A stretch of 13,808 bases of DNA from Promethearchaeota archaeon (lineage in GTDB: Archaea > Asgardarchaeota > Lokiarchaeia > Sigyniarchaeales > SOKP01), in contig JAHPZE010000052.1 in the NCBI GenBank assembly GCA_019058365.1, positions 1 through 13,808 on the forward strand, given 5' to 3'. A program made the translations under genes and the position numbers. The notes under the pieces were generated by a model. That model had not been told where the DNA came from. It saw only the letters and a program-made list of their open reading frames with translations, and did no database searches. Shown here piece by piece: positions 1 through 7,810 of the stretch (its first letter is position 1; each line of letters begins with the position of its first letter).

Positions 1-1
1 T

Positions 2-53
2 ATAAAAAGTCAATGTTCAATAGGATTTAGAGATCTACTTCCTTTGGTACTGT
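2..53. repeat. Left copy of a 52-bp perfect inverted repeat at the window ends; probable IS/MITE terminus
   Basis: ATAAAAAGTCAATGTTCAATAGGATTTAGAGATCTACTTCCTTTGGTACTGT is the exact reverse complement of 13757-13808. The inner end reads 5'-CAGTACC on the minus strand, resembling ISH3-family termini (inference). Confidence 0.9.
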
Positions 54-185
54 ATTATTAAAAAATTAGATGAGAATATTATAACTAAATGCATTTTAAA
101 ATTCTAACCTATACTTTTTTAGATTTTGTTTCATACCTTCTAATAAAATAACTTTATCAAAAAAGAACATTTTAGAGAATGAACA

Positions 186-557
186 ATGAAAAATAACAAT
201 AAATATTCTATTGATCTTGAAGTAAAATTTAAACCTTTAGAGATTATTAATATTCCACAATTAATTGAAAACTGTAATAAAGAATGGCAGAATATATCAC
301 TTTGTAATGTTAACGATTCTATTGTCAGATTAGCAGTTGTGAAAGGAGAATTTCATTGGCATAAGCATGAAAAAGAAGATGAATTCTTTTTCGTTATTGA
401 TGGATTATTTTTAATTGATTTGGAAAAAAGAACAATTGAATTAAGACCAAAACAAGGCTTTACTGTACCCAAAGGAGTAATGCATAGAACAAGAGCTCCT
501 ACTCGTACTTCAGTATTAGTGATAGAAAAAAATACGATAAAACCAGTGGGAGATTAA
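186..557 (+). CDS. Cupin domain protein (cupin_2 / mannose-6-phosphate isomerase-like)
   Basis: Cupin motif 1 GEFHWHKHEKEDEFFFVIDG and motif 2 GFTVPKGVMHRT; 123 aa. Confidence 0.9.
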   Translation: MKNNNKYSIDLEVKFKPLEIINIPQLIENCNKEWQNISLCNVNDSIVRLAVVKGEFHWHKHEKEDEFFFVIDGLFLIDLEKRTIELRPKQGFTVPKGVMHRTRAPTRTSVLVIEKNTIKPVGD

Positions 558-563
558 AAGAAA

Positions 564-1628
564 TCAAAATAAAAGTGGATTTGTTATGCCAAGATATTTT
601 TCAATTACATCTAAAATTTCTTCTTTAGTCCCAATATAACCAAAAAGTTGGTGCTTCGCTTTTCCATGAGTGGTATTTTCGATTGTTTTAAATTGATTTA
701 ATTGAAGCTCAATTTCTCCATAATTCAAGATTGGTTTTTCTGGTGATTCTGAATTATATGATTGAATGACTCCAATCTCTGCTTCGGGGTGATCTCTTGC
801 AATATCAAAACACTCATTTTGAGTTCTTGGAATGTCGTTTGAAAGCTTAACTAAAAATCCATAATCTTCACTATTGGGCATTTTTAACACATATCCTATT
901 TTGGCGGGTCTTGAGAAATCAATATCTTCTGGTCTAATAGCTAACTTATACACATCATCCACATCAATTTTATATGCTATATAATTTTCCTCTACTTTCA
1001 ATCGATCAGATGGAATAGTTCTGAAGTAAGAAATAGGTTTTGGATCGAATTTAGTGGGTACCAATACTGTTCCAGGGTTATCGGGACCACCACTGATAAT
1101 ATTTGCTAAACTCCAACCATTGACTTTAAGATGTGGTCTATAAAACACACAATCATCTAAGAATTCTATACCACAATAAGGTACATTAGTTTCATAGGGT
1201 TCCTTTAGTAATTTAAACTGCCGTGTAATTTCTCCTTGATACCCTTGTTTAGTCATATAATTGAAAACAAAAGTCTGGCTCGAAACTGTACAAGACGTAT
1301 CCGAACTTGCTAATATCTCATAATGTGCTGGATCTAAACCTTTAGGGGCCTCCCATTCACCCCAATTCTCAGGATCTTTATAAAAGAAATCTCTTTCTGG
1401 ACTAATCCAGTATCTATCTCCTCCAATCGCTCTGTTTCTTGTTTCAATAATTTTTTTAAGATTAGAATTCACCCATAATAAATTATAAGAATCATCTTGA
1501 GGAAAGAGTGCTAAAAGTCGACCCCCATATTCAGAGATTATAGCTGTACCTTCTCCAGAAACTAATTCTATCAGTTTTGTTTCATTTTCAAGTAATGTGA
1601 TTAAAGTTTCTTTAGTATAATAATTCAT
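564..1628 (-). CDS. Conserved hypothetical protein, DUF6786/DUF4380-like (probable galactose-mutarotase-like beta-sandwich)
   Basis: 354-aa ORF with YGGRLL, LLWVN, GGDRYWISPE and C-terminal YGEIE segments typical of these families; family name recalled, not searched. Confidence 0.6.
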   Translation of the reverse strand: MNYYTKETLITLLENETKLIELVSGEGTAIISEYGGRLLALFPQDDSYNLLWVNSNLKKIIETRNRAIGGDRYWISPERDFFYKDPENWGEWEAPKGLDPAHYEILASSDTSCTVSSQTFVFNYMTKQGYQGEITRQFKLLKEPYETNVPYCGIEFLDDCVFYRPHLKVNGWSLANIISGGPDNPGTVLVPTKFDPKPISYFRTIPSDRLKVEENYIAYKIDVDDVYKLAIRPEDIDFSRPAKIGYVLKMPNSEDYGFLVKLSNDIPRTQNECFDIARDHPEAEIGVIQSYNSESPEKPILNYGEIELQLNQFKTIENTTHGKAKHQLFGYIGTKEEILDVIEKYLGITNPLLF

Positions 1629-2053
1629 ATTTAACTCTAATGATTAGTAGTTTAAATTTATAATTTTTAAAAAAAAGGATGTCTTGCTTCTTACCTACAT
1701 TTTGAAGTATTATAGATTCAATTTAAAAAATACTATTTCTTGGTACATTAGATAATTTAAGAAATATTATTGCCCTGATATGTTCTTAAATGGTTTGAAT
1801 CAATTATTAACGGAAATAGCAAATGTTAGAGGTAGGATTATGGAAAAGATTTCAAGAGATAAAATTTGCAATAGAAATATTAAAAGTTTAGAAAGCGATT
1901 GTGTAATTCTTGAAATAGGCTTATTATTTCTTGTAAATAAAGAAATATTAAGAAATAATCATCAGATCCAACATTAATGTTAAATATTTACTTATCATCT
2001 ATTTCTATACTATCAATGTAAATGAAAGTTTATTCAATTTTTGTTAAAATTCT

Positions 2054-3226
2054 ATGAAATTAATAATTAAGGCAAAAATACGAATTTTAATAATTGTTAG
2101 TCTTCTATTCGCGTTCTCACCAATAATTAACAATTGGCTGAAATTTAATGCGGAAAATGATGAAAAAAGTTCAGAAAATAATGATGTTATTAATGTAGAT
2201 ACTGAAAATTTGAAAGGCTCAGAAATCTCAGAAAGAATTCTTATTATTGGTAATTCTGGTTGGCTCGATTTTAAAAATGATAGCCATTGTACAGGTTCAG
2301 GTACTTATCATGACCCTTATATGATAAAAAACTTGGTAATAGATGGCGAGGGTTCGGGGAGTTGTATCTGGATTGAAAGTTCCAACGTACATTTTAAAAT
2401 TGAGAACTGTAGATTGTACAATGCGGGAGAACATTATGCAGGAATCTTTTTATCTGGTGTTGAAAATTCTCGAATAATTCATAATGATTGTTCATCTAAT
2501 ACTATGGGAATACATTTAGTGGAGTGTAATTACAATACTATTTTGGGTAATTTTTTCAATAGCAATGAGTGTGGGATAGATTTATCTGATTGTTATAACA
2601 ACACCATTTCAGAAAACATAGCAAATTATAACACTTATTCTGGAATGTTTTTAACTAGTTGTGATAATAACGTCATTTCAGGGAACACTGCAAAGAATAA
2701 CTCTTATTGGGGGATTTGTTTAGATAGGAGTAATTATAATAAAATTTCTGGAAATGTTGCATCTAATAATGAGATTGGGATGTATTTTCTGAAATTTATC
2801 AATTTCTACTTGTTTGTTGGATGCCACGATAATAATATCTCGGGGAATATCGTAAATAGCAATAATAGGTATGGGATGTGTTTTTCTCCTAGTTGCTTTA
2901 ATAATAATATATATCTTAATTGCTTTACTAATAATTTAATCCATGCTTATGATGAGGGAGAGAATAACTATTGGGATAATGGAGTTAAGGGAAATTTTTG
3001 GAGTGATTATACTGGTTTGGATGAAGAGGGAGATGGTATTGGTGATACTCCTTATAATATTAACGGTTCCGCGGGAAGTAAAGATTACTATCCATTAATG
3101 AAATGTCCAATTCCAGCTCAAAAAAGCCCTTTTGAAACACTTATCTTAATTACGATTATTAGTGGAGGAGCTGTGATAGGTTTAGCAACGGTCCTATTAA
3201 TTATAAGAAAAAGGAAAAGAATATGA
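2054..3226 (+). CDS. Secreted, C-terminally membrane-anchored right-handed parallel beta-helix protein (NosD/CASH repeats)
   Basis: N-terminal signal peptide; GSGTYHDPYMIKNLVIDG cap; repeated GIxLxxxxxNxIxxNxxxxN units; NYWDNGVKGNFWSDYxGxDxxGDGIGDTPY...DYYPL tail; TM helix followed by RKRKR. Confidence 0.9.
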   Translation: MKLIIKAKIRILIIVSLLFAFSPIINNWLKFNAENDEKSSENNDVINVDTENLKGSEISERILIIGNSGWLDFKNDSHCTGSGTYHDPYMIKNLVIDGEGSGSCIWIESSNVHFKIENCRLYNAGEHYAGIFLSGVENSRIIHNDCSSNTMGIHLVECNYNTILGNFFNSNECGIDLSDCYNNTISENIANYNTYSGMFLTSCDNNVISGNTAKNNSYWGICLDRSNYNKISGNVASNNEIGMYFLKFINFYLFVGCHDNNISGNIVNSNNRYGMCFSPSCFNNNIYLNCFTNNLIHAYDEGENNYWDNGVKGNFWSDYTGLDEEGDGIGDTPYNINGSAGSKDYYPLMKCPIPAQKSPFETLILITIISGGAVIGLATVLLIIRKRKRI

Positions 3227-3455
3227 TAATTCAGTTTTAGATGCCTATTTTTTTTGGATGTTCTTCTCCTTAATTTATGACTAACTTGATTAATCCCTAA
3301 TATCAAATGTAATATAATCTTAAAAAAATTGAGACTCGTTTTTCTTAAATATTTTCTTTACCTTCGTAGCTAATATTAAAAATTTAGATTAGTCTTAGCG
3401 AAAGATTTTTAATATTTTAAATTAAATTGAATAATACTAAATTAGACGTGATTTT

Positions 3456-3824
3456 ATGCCAAAAATTGAACATTTTGAAATCAATGCAGATGATCCAATA
3501 AGAGCAAAAAGCTTTTATGAAAAAATTTTTGAGTGGAAAATCGAAAAATGGAAAGGGCCTTTGGAATATTGGACAATAGAAGCGGGGAAAGAAGATGAAG
3601 AAGGAATTAATGGGGGTTTGCAGAAAAGAGAAAAACCTAGTGATCAAATATTTAATTATATTTCCGTATCCAACGTAGATGATTATAAAAACAAAATTGA
3701 ACAATCTGGTGGTACCATTGAAAGTCCAAAAATTACTGTACCGGGAGTAGGTTATTTCTATTTGTTTAAGGACACTGAAGGAAATAAACTGGGTATTATG
3801 GAACATGACGAAAATGCAAAATAA
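3456..3824 (+). CDS. VOC family (glyoxalase/bleomycin-resistance-like) protein
   Basis: HFEINADDPIRAKSFYEKIFEW, GINGGL, VPGVGYFYLFKDTEGNKLGI motifs; GTGA RBS upstream of ATG. Confidence 0.95.
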   Translation: MPKIEHFEINADDPIRAKSFYEKIFEWKIEKWKGPLEYWTIEAGKEDEEGINGGLQKREKPSDQIFNYISVSNVDDYKNKIEQSGGTIESPKITVPGVGYFYLFKDTEGNKLGIMEHDENAK

Positions 3825-3830
3825 ACTGGC

Positions 3831-3848
3831 TTTTTTTATTCTTTTTTT
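3831..3848 (+). terminator. Archaeal oligo-T terminator after the VOC gene
   Basis: Two T7 runs directly after the stop codon. Confidence 0.55.
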
Positions 3849-3984
3849 ATTATTAATTCAAAAAAATTTAATGTAATTAAAAACACTAAAAGGGAACCTA
3901 GTTAGGTGTTATTTACACTGAAATTAAAGGGAGTATAAAAAACTCTCCTCTTCATTATGGAATGGAAAAGAAATCAATAAACAT

Positions 3985-4010
3985 AAAAAAAAGATAAAAA
4001 ATTAAAAAAA
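3985..4010 (-). terminator. Oligo-T terminator(s) after the small-ORF cluster
   Basis: Three T6-T8 runs on the minus strand just after the stop at 4019. Confidence 0.55.
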
Positions 4011-4018
4011 TCATTACT

Positions 4019-4117
4019 CTATCGACCGCAATCCTTACAAATCGCTCTCGAATCCGTAAAATCGAGCTTTATCTCTTTACCGCATTTCATACAATTTATT
4101 CTTATTCTTTTTTTCAT
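4019..4117 (-). CDS. 32-aa zinc-ribbon microprotein (CxxCG-x13-CxxCG), not in the ORF track
   Basis: Manual translation MKKRIRINCMKCGKEIKLDFTDSRAICKDCGR*; GAGGG RBS upstream; T-runs downstream; paralog 160 bp upstream with synonymous differences. Confidence 0.8.
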   Translation of the reverse strand: MKKRIRINCMKCGKEIKLDFTDSRAICKDCGR

Positions 4118-4130
4118 AACAATCCCTCTT

Positions 4131-4274
4131 TTAATTAAAAATCAAAATTTCTTGTAGTTCTTGGGTTATGCTCAATTTGATTTTTTCGACACTTCCTACA
4201 AAGTGCCCTCGAGCCGTAAAATCCAGTTTTATTTCTTTACCGCATTTTCTACAGTTTATTATTATTTTAGCCAT
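4131..4274 (-). pseudogene. Frameshifted paralog of the zinc-ribbon microprotein
   Basis: Frame 0 gives MAKIIINCRKCGKEIKLDFTARGHFVGSVEKIKLSITQELQEILIFN*. One base is missing near 4213 relative to the paralog; the -1 frame continues SRALCRKCRKNQIEHNPRTTRNFDF* (stop 4135-4137), restoring the second CxxC. GTGA RBS upstream. Confidence 0.75.
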
Positions 4275-4314
4275 ATTTTTCACTTAATTTTTTAATAAAT
4301 AGGAAAAAATAGTT

Positions 4315-4413
4315 TTAATAGGAAATGTATCGTGAATGACAACTTCCTACATCATTCATAATAATTATTAATCTCGTCTTTTTCTTCATTCTTTTAACTC
4401 GCATTTTCACCAT
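4315..4413 (-). CDS. Putative 29-32 aa basic peptide, not in the ORF track
   Basis: (MVK)MRVKRMKKKTRLIIIMNDVGSCHSRYISY*; GGAGG at 4418-4414 lies 9 nt before the ATG at 4404; sits 20 bp after the previous stop on the same strand. Confidence 0.45.
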   Translation of the reverse strand: MVKMRVKRMKKKTRLIIIMNDVGSCHSRYISY

Positions 4414-4433
4414 CCTCCAATATCAAACTTTTA

Positions 4434-4670
4434 TTATCGATTATATGTCAGTCCCCTATAAACGATAGAGTCGACTTTATTTTTCACATTATTGATATTA
4501 ATTCTCCCCTGGTGTTGTTTAGCGTATTTTCTAAGTTTGAATTTAACTTTAATTCGCTCTGGTTCTTCCTTAACAATCTCTGCTTTTTCCTCAACTAAAG
4601 GAATAATTATAGAGAGACTTTCATTCTCATTCTCTAATTTTTCGAACACTTGAACCATTTTTTTTATCAC
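4434..4670 (-). CDS. Small hypothetical protein (74-78 aa; likely start ATG at 4658)
   Basis: Acidic N-half, basic C-half, double TAA stop; GTGA RBS before ATG 4658; BRE/TATA about 45-60 bp upstream. Confidence 0.65.
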   Translation of the reverse strand: MIKKMVQVFEKLENENESLSIIIPLVEEKAEIVKEEPERIKVKFKLRKYAKQHQGRININNVKNKVDSIVYRGLTYNR

Positions 4671-4711
4671 TTTTTTTTATTTTTTCTTAAGATCAATTAA
4701 ACTATCTATTC

Positions 4712-4725
4712 ATATATAGTTTCTT
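4712..4725 (-). promoter_or_regulatory. Putative BRE-TATA promoter for the small-ORF cluster
   Basis: Minus strand reads AAGAAA-CTATATAT. Confidence 0.5.
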
Positions 4726-4734
4726 GCTTCGTAC

Positions 4735-4768
4735 TTCACTCGGAGTTCATGCTTTACTCCGAAGTGAA
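4735..4768. promoter_or_regulatory. Palindromic putative operator between divergent promoters
   Basis: TTCACT-CGGAGT n9 ACTCCG-A-AGTGAA: 12-bp arms with one bulge, GC-rich in an AT-rich spacer. Confidence 0.65.
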
Positions 4769-4802
4769 AAGCTTAAAAAGTTAGAAGATAATAATATAAA
4801 TA
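4766..4802 (+). promoter_or_regulatory. Putative BRE-TATA element(s) for the wHTH-TPR operon
   Basis: GAAAAG-CTTAAAAA at 4766-4779 and TATAAATA at 4795-4802, about 33 nt before ATG 4836. Confidence 0.45.
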
Positions 4803-4835
4803 ACGAAATAAGATCTTATAGGACTGTATTTTATT

Positions 4836-7796
4836 ATGAGTAGATCAGACGGAGTTTTATATCCTCCTGGTGAGATATTAAACCCCATCATGGGGAAGAC
4901 CGATTTTGAATATGTTATATTATGGATGCTTAGTAATAATGACATTTGCGAGTGGTCAGATTTCACTGCTGAAATTAGTGAATCAACCTTATCTGGTAAT
5001 TTGAATAAATTGATGAGCAAGGGTTATATTAAAAAGCCTGAAAAAGGGAAATATGTAATTACATCACAAGGGCAAGATCGATACACTGAATTAGTTTATT
5101 TCAAAGAATCAGGAGAAACATTATTGTATCCACCAAAAGCAATACTCAAGACAAGGAATTATGATCATTGGATTTTATGGATGCTTTGTAATAATCCTTC
5201 ATGTAAATGGTCCGATTTTAAACAGACACCCTTATCAATCAACCAATCCTCCTTATCTAATACACTCAATTCATTGTTAAATGATGGTTTTATTGCTAGA
5301 GAAAATAAAGAATATGTTAAAACACAATTAGGTGAAATAGAGTATTTTAGAATATTAAAATCGTATGATTTAGACCGTCAAACTATATTAGAGCAAGAAA
5401 GTAAGAGAATTGAAGAAATTACAGAAAAAACTAGTATATTCTTTAAGAAATATAAAATAGAAGATGATGAGTTAAAATTTCGGTATCTGGATAACATTCT
5501 GAAATTGTCTTATTCTAAAATTGAATCGATGCTAAGAGAAGAGGAAGATTTTAATAAAGTTTTGTTGTACTTTTCGATTAATCATCCTGATCATTATCCC
5601 GAATTTATTTCAGTTGAAAAATTTTCAAAAAGATACAATATAGATATAAAAACATTAGATTTTCTTATAATGAGAATTGTAGATAATGAGTTTTTTGGTA
5701 TAAAATTTTTTAAATTGGAGGATGAACAAGGAGGAACTTATTATTTTCAAAAGAATGAAATCGTCGAAAAAATACTTAATGCAATTGTAGAAAAACATAT
5801 TACAAAATTCACATATTTAAATAAATTTCATGAAACTACAACAACAGACGTGGGATGGCTATTAGAAATAATTTTAAACGATATTTGCAGTAATTTATTC
5901 AATGAACATCTAAAACCCTCATTAAAATCATTTTTACCTGAATATATTAAATATTTAGCGTATAAAATTGAGACAGAGAAAAAATTAGTTGATATTGAAG
6001 CTAAATTAGCAGGATTTATATGGAGAAATGTCAATGAAGGATTCCAAGCTTTTGATCCTTCAGACATGCCTATAACTGGAGAAGAGGATGAATTATATTA
6101 TACAATGGATAGCAGCACTTTCAATGTATTAGATATTGTGGTTTTGTCTAAATTTTTTTATTTAAACACGAGTGAAGTTCAGGAGACCTATAGTTTGAAT
6201 AAAATAGATATTTATAATAAAATAATAAAAAATTTGTATAGAAATAAAGTTTCTAAAGCAAGGGAACTTTCGCAAAATATTACCACTAAAATAAAAACCA
6301 TAAATCAATTAATAATGAAGGATATTATAGCTACAGCAGAGAATAATTTTAATAATTCAATTAAAATTACTAATGGAATTATTGATAAATATCCAAATGA
6401 ATTTATTGGATACTTATTACAATCTATCACTTACTTATTGATGGATAATTATGAAAAATCTTTAGAGATCATTGAGAATGCACTAAAAGTAACACCTAAT
6501 GTTCTCTTAATCTGCCAAAAAGCACAGATTTTAATGAGAACATCTCAAGGAGCAAATGCATTAGATTATATTAATGACGCATTATCTCAGTATCCAGATA
6601 ATTCTTCATTATTAAAAACAAAATACTTAATTTATATTACTTATTGGATGGCACTAGTAAAGGATTATAATGAACCTCTTGATATTATAAATCAATTAAC
6701 CAATTTGAATCAAAAGGATCAAGAGATTTTACTCTTAAAAAGTCTTTATTATTGTCTGATCAATAAATATAAAGAAGCAAAGCGTTTAATAATAAATGAA
6801 ATTGATTTTAATAATTTTAAAAAAAATCCCAGAATTGATACAATTGCTTACTTTATTTTGGTTTATTCTTATTTAGCACGCGGTAAATTTGATAAAGCTT
6901 TAGAAATTGCAAATTTAGTTTTAACAATATATCCCGAACATCCTACTTCATTTTTTACAAAAGCCTTAGTAATTGGATACAATTTGATTTATAGATTTAC
7001 ATTTAAGGACCCAAATATTGATGCTTTTACTGAATTGATAACATCTACTCTCTCTTTTGAAAAAATTAATTATAATAAAACAATTTATCTTTTATTCCAA
7101 TCACAAGTTTTAAATGGGCTTGGAAAATACGATGAAAGCATTAATTCTATTGATACTGCTATTGAAATAGTCCCGACATTGAATTATCTATATGCTAGGA
7201 AGGCATACTTATTAATAACATCTAAGAAAGAATCTCAAGCATTAAGTTTAATTAATGAATTGTTAGAAAGTCGTCAACCATTGAAGTATAGCCTATTGAA
7301 ACAAAAATCTTATGTCCAAATCGTTCTAAAACAATACGATGAAGGATTGAAGACTGTTAATGAAGCAATTGAACTATATCCCCACGATAACGATTTTATC
7401 AATAACAAAGCCATGATCTTAGGCTATTTAGGAAGAAGAGAGGAAGCTATTGAAACTGCTGAACACCTAATAAGCCTTAATCCAAAATGTGGAAATTCTT
7501 ATGATACATATGGTGAAGTTTTAATGGCTCTTAAAGAATACGAAAAAGCTATTGAAAAATTTAAAGAAGCTTTAACCCTTGAACCCACTGGATGGTTTGC
7601 CTATGAAACTTGTTTAAAAATGGGACAATGTTTTAAGGAGCTTGGAAATATTGAAAAAGCTCTTGAATATTATGAGAAAGGAGAAAAATTGACAGAAAAG
7701 ATGCATCCTAGTTACAGGAATAATTATCTAGAGAAAACAGAGAAATTAATTTCTGAAGCTAAAATATTACTTAGAGAATCAAAAAACAGTGAATAA
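4836..7796 (+). CDS. Large regulator: two tandem N-terminal winged-helix domains plus a C-terminal TPR array
   Basis: Internal repeat LYPP...ILWMLxNN..CxWSDF...IxxSxLSxxLNxL...GxI...YVxTxxG occurs twice in the first ~175 aa; many TPR units in the C-half (e.g. YDTYGEVLMALKEYEKAIEKFKEALTLEP). Confidence 0.85.
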   Translation: MSRSDGVLYPPGEILNPIMGKTDFEYVILWMLSNNDICEWSDFTAEISESTLSGNLNKLMSKGYIKKPEKGKYVITSQGQDRYTELVYFKESGETLLYPPKAILKTRNYDHWILWMLCNNPSCKWSDFKQTPLSINQSSLSNTLNSLLNDGFIARENKEYVKTQLGEIEYFRILKSYDLDRQTILEQESKRIEEITEKTSIFFKKYKIEDDELKFRYLDNILKLSYSKIESMLREEEDFNKVLLYFSINHPDHYPEFISVEKFSKRYNIDIKTLDFLIMRIVDNEFFGIKFFKLEDEQGGTYYFQKNEIVEKILNAIVEKHITKFTYLNKFHETTTTDVGWLLEIILNDICSNLFNEHLKPSLKSFLPEYIKYLAYKIETEKKLVDIEAKLAGFIWRNVNEGFQAFDPSDMPITGEEDELYYTMDSSTFNVLDIVVLSKFFYLNTSEVQETYSLNKIDIYNKIIKNLYRNKVSKARELSQNITTKIKTINQLIMKDIIATAENNFNNSIKITNGIIDKYPNEFIGYLLQSITYLLMDNYEKSLEIIENALKVTPNVLLICQKAQILMRTSQGANALDYINDALSQYPDNSSLLKTKYLIYITYWMALVKDYNEPLDIINQLTNLNQKDQEILLLKSLYYCLINKYKEAKRLIINEIDFNNFKKNPRIDTIAYFILVYSYLARGKFDKALEIANLVLTIYPEHPTSFFTKALVIGYNLIYRFTFKDPNIDAFTELITSTLSFEKINYNKTIYLLFQSQVLNGLGKYDESINSIDTAIEIVPTLNYLYARKAYLLITSKKESQALSLINELLESRQPLKYSLLKQKSYVQIVLKQYDEGLKTVNEAIELYPHDNDFINNKAMILGYLGRREEAIETAEHLISLNPKCGNSYDTYGEVLMALKEYEKAIEKFKEALTLEPTGWFAYETCLKMGQCFKELGNIEKALEYYEKGEKLTEKMHPSYRNNYLEKTEKLISEAKILLRESKNSE

Positions 7797-7810
7797 TCCA
7801 AATAAAAAAT

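Noticed and set aside
1716-1746. TTCAAT...TACTATTTCTTGGTAC resembling the terminal repeat end
   Set aside because: Only TTGGTAC matches exactly and gaps are needed; not distinguishable from chance in AT-rich DNA.
1780-1977. 65-aa ORF in the track
   Set aside because: No recognisable motif or RBS and lies in a divergent promoter region; probably spurious or unidentifiable debris.
3118-3306. 62-aa minus-strand ORF
   Set aside because: Shadow of the NosD-like gene's 3' end.
3417-3806. 129-aa minus-strand ORF
   Set aside because: Antisense shadow of the clear VOC gene; Phe/Ile richness reflects complementary Lys/Glu/Asn codons.
4328-4359. Possible SECIS element (AUGA...AA...GA)
   Set aside because: The AUGA pairs canonically rather than forming a GA quartet, spacing is too short, and I found no in-frame UGA at a catalytic position in the window.
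4010-4430. Possible CRISPR array or DGR template/variable repeat pair
   Set aside because: Repeats are degenerate and protein-coding, differences are not adenine-specific, and no cas or reverse transcriptase gene is present.
4781-5020. 79-aa minus-strand ORF
   Set aside because: Antisense to the start of the 986-aa gene; no motifs.
5828-6067. 79-aa minus-strand ORF
   Set aside because: Entirely antisense within the 986-aa gene.
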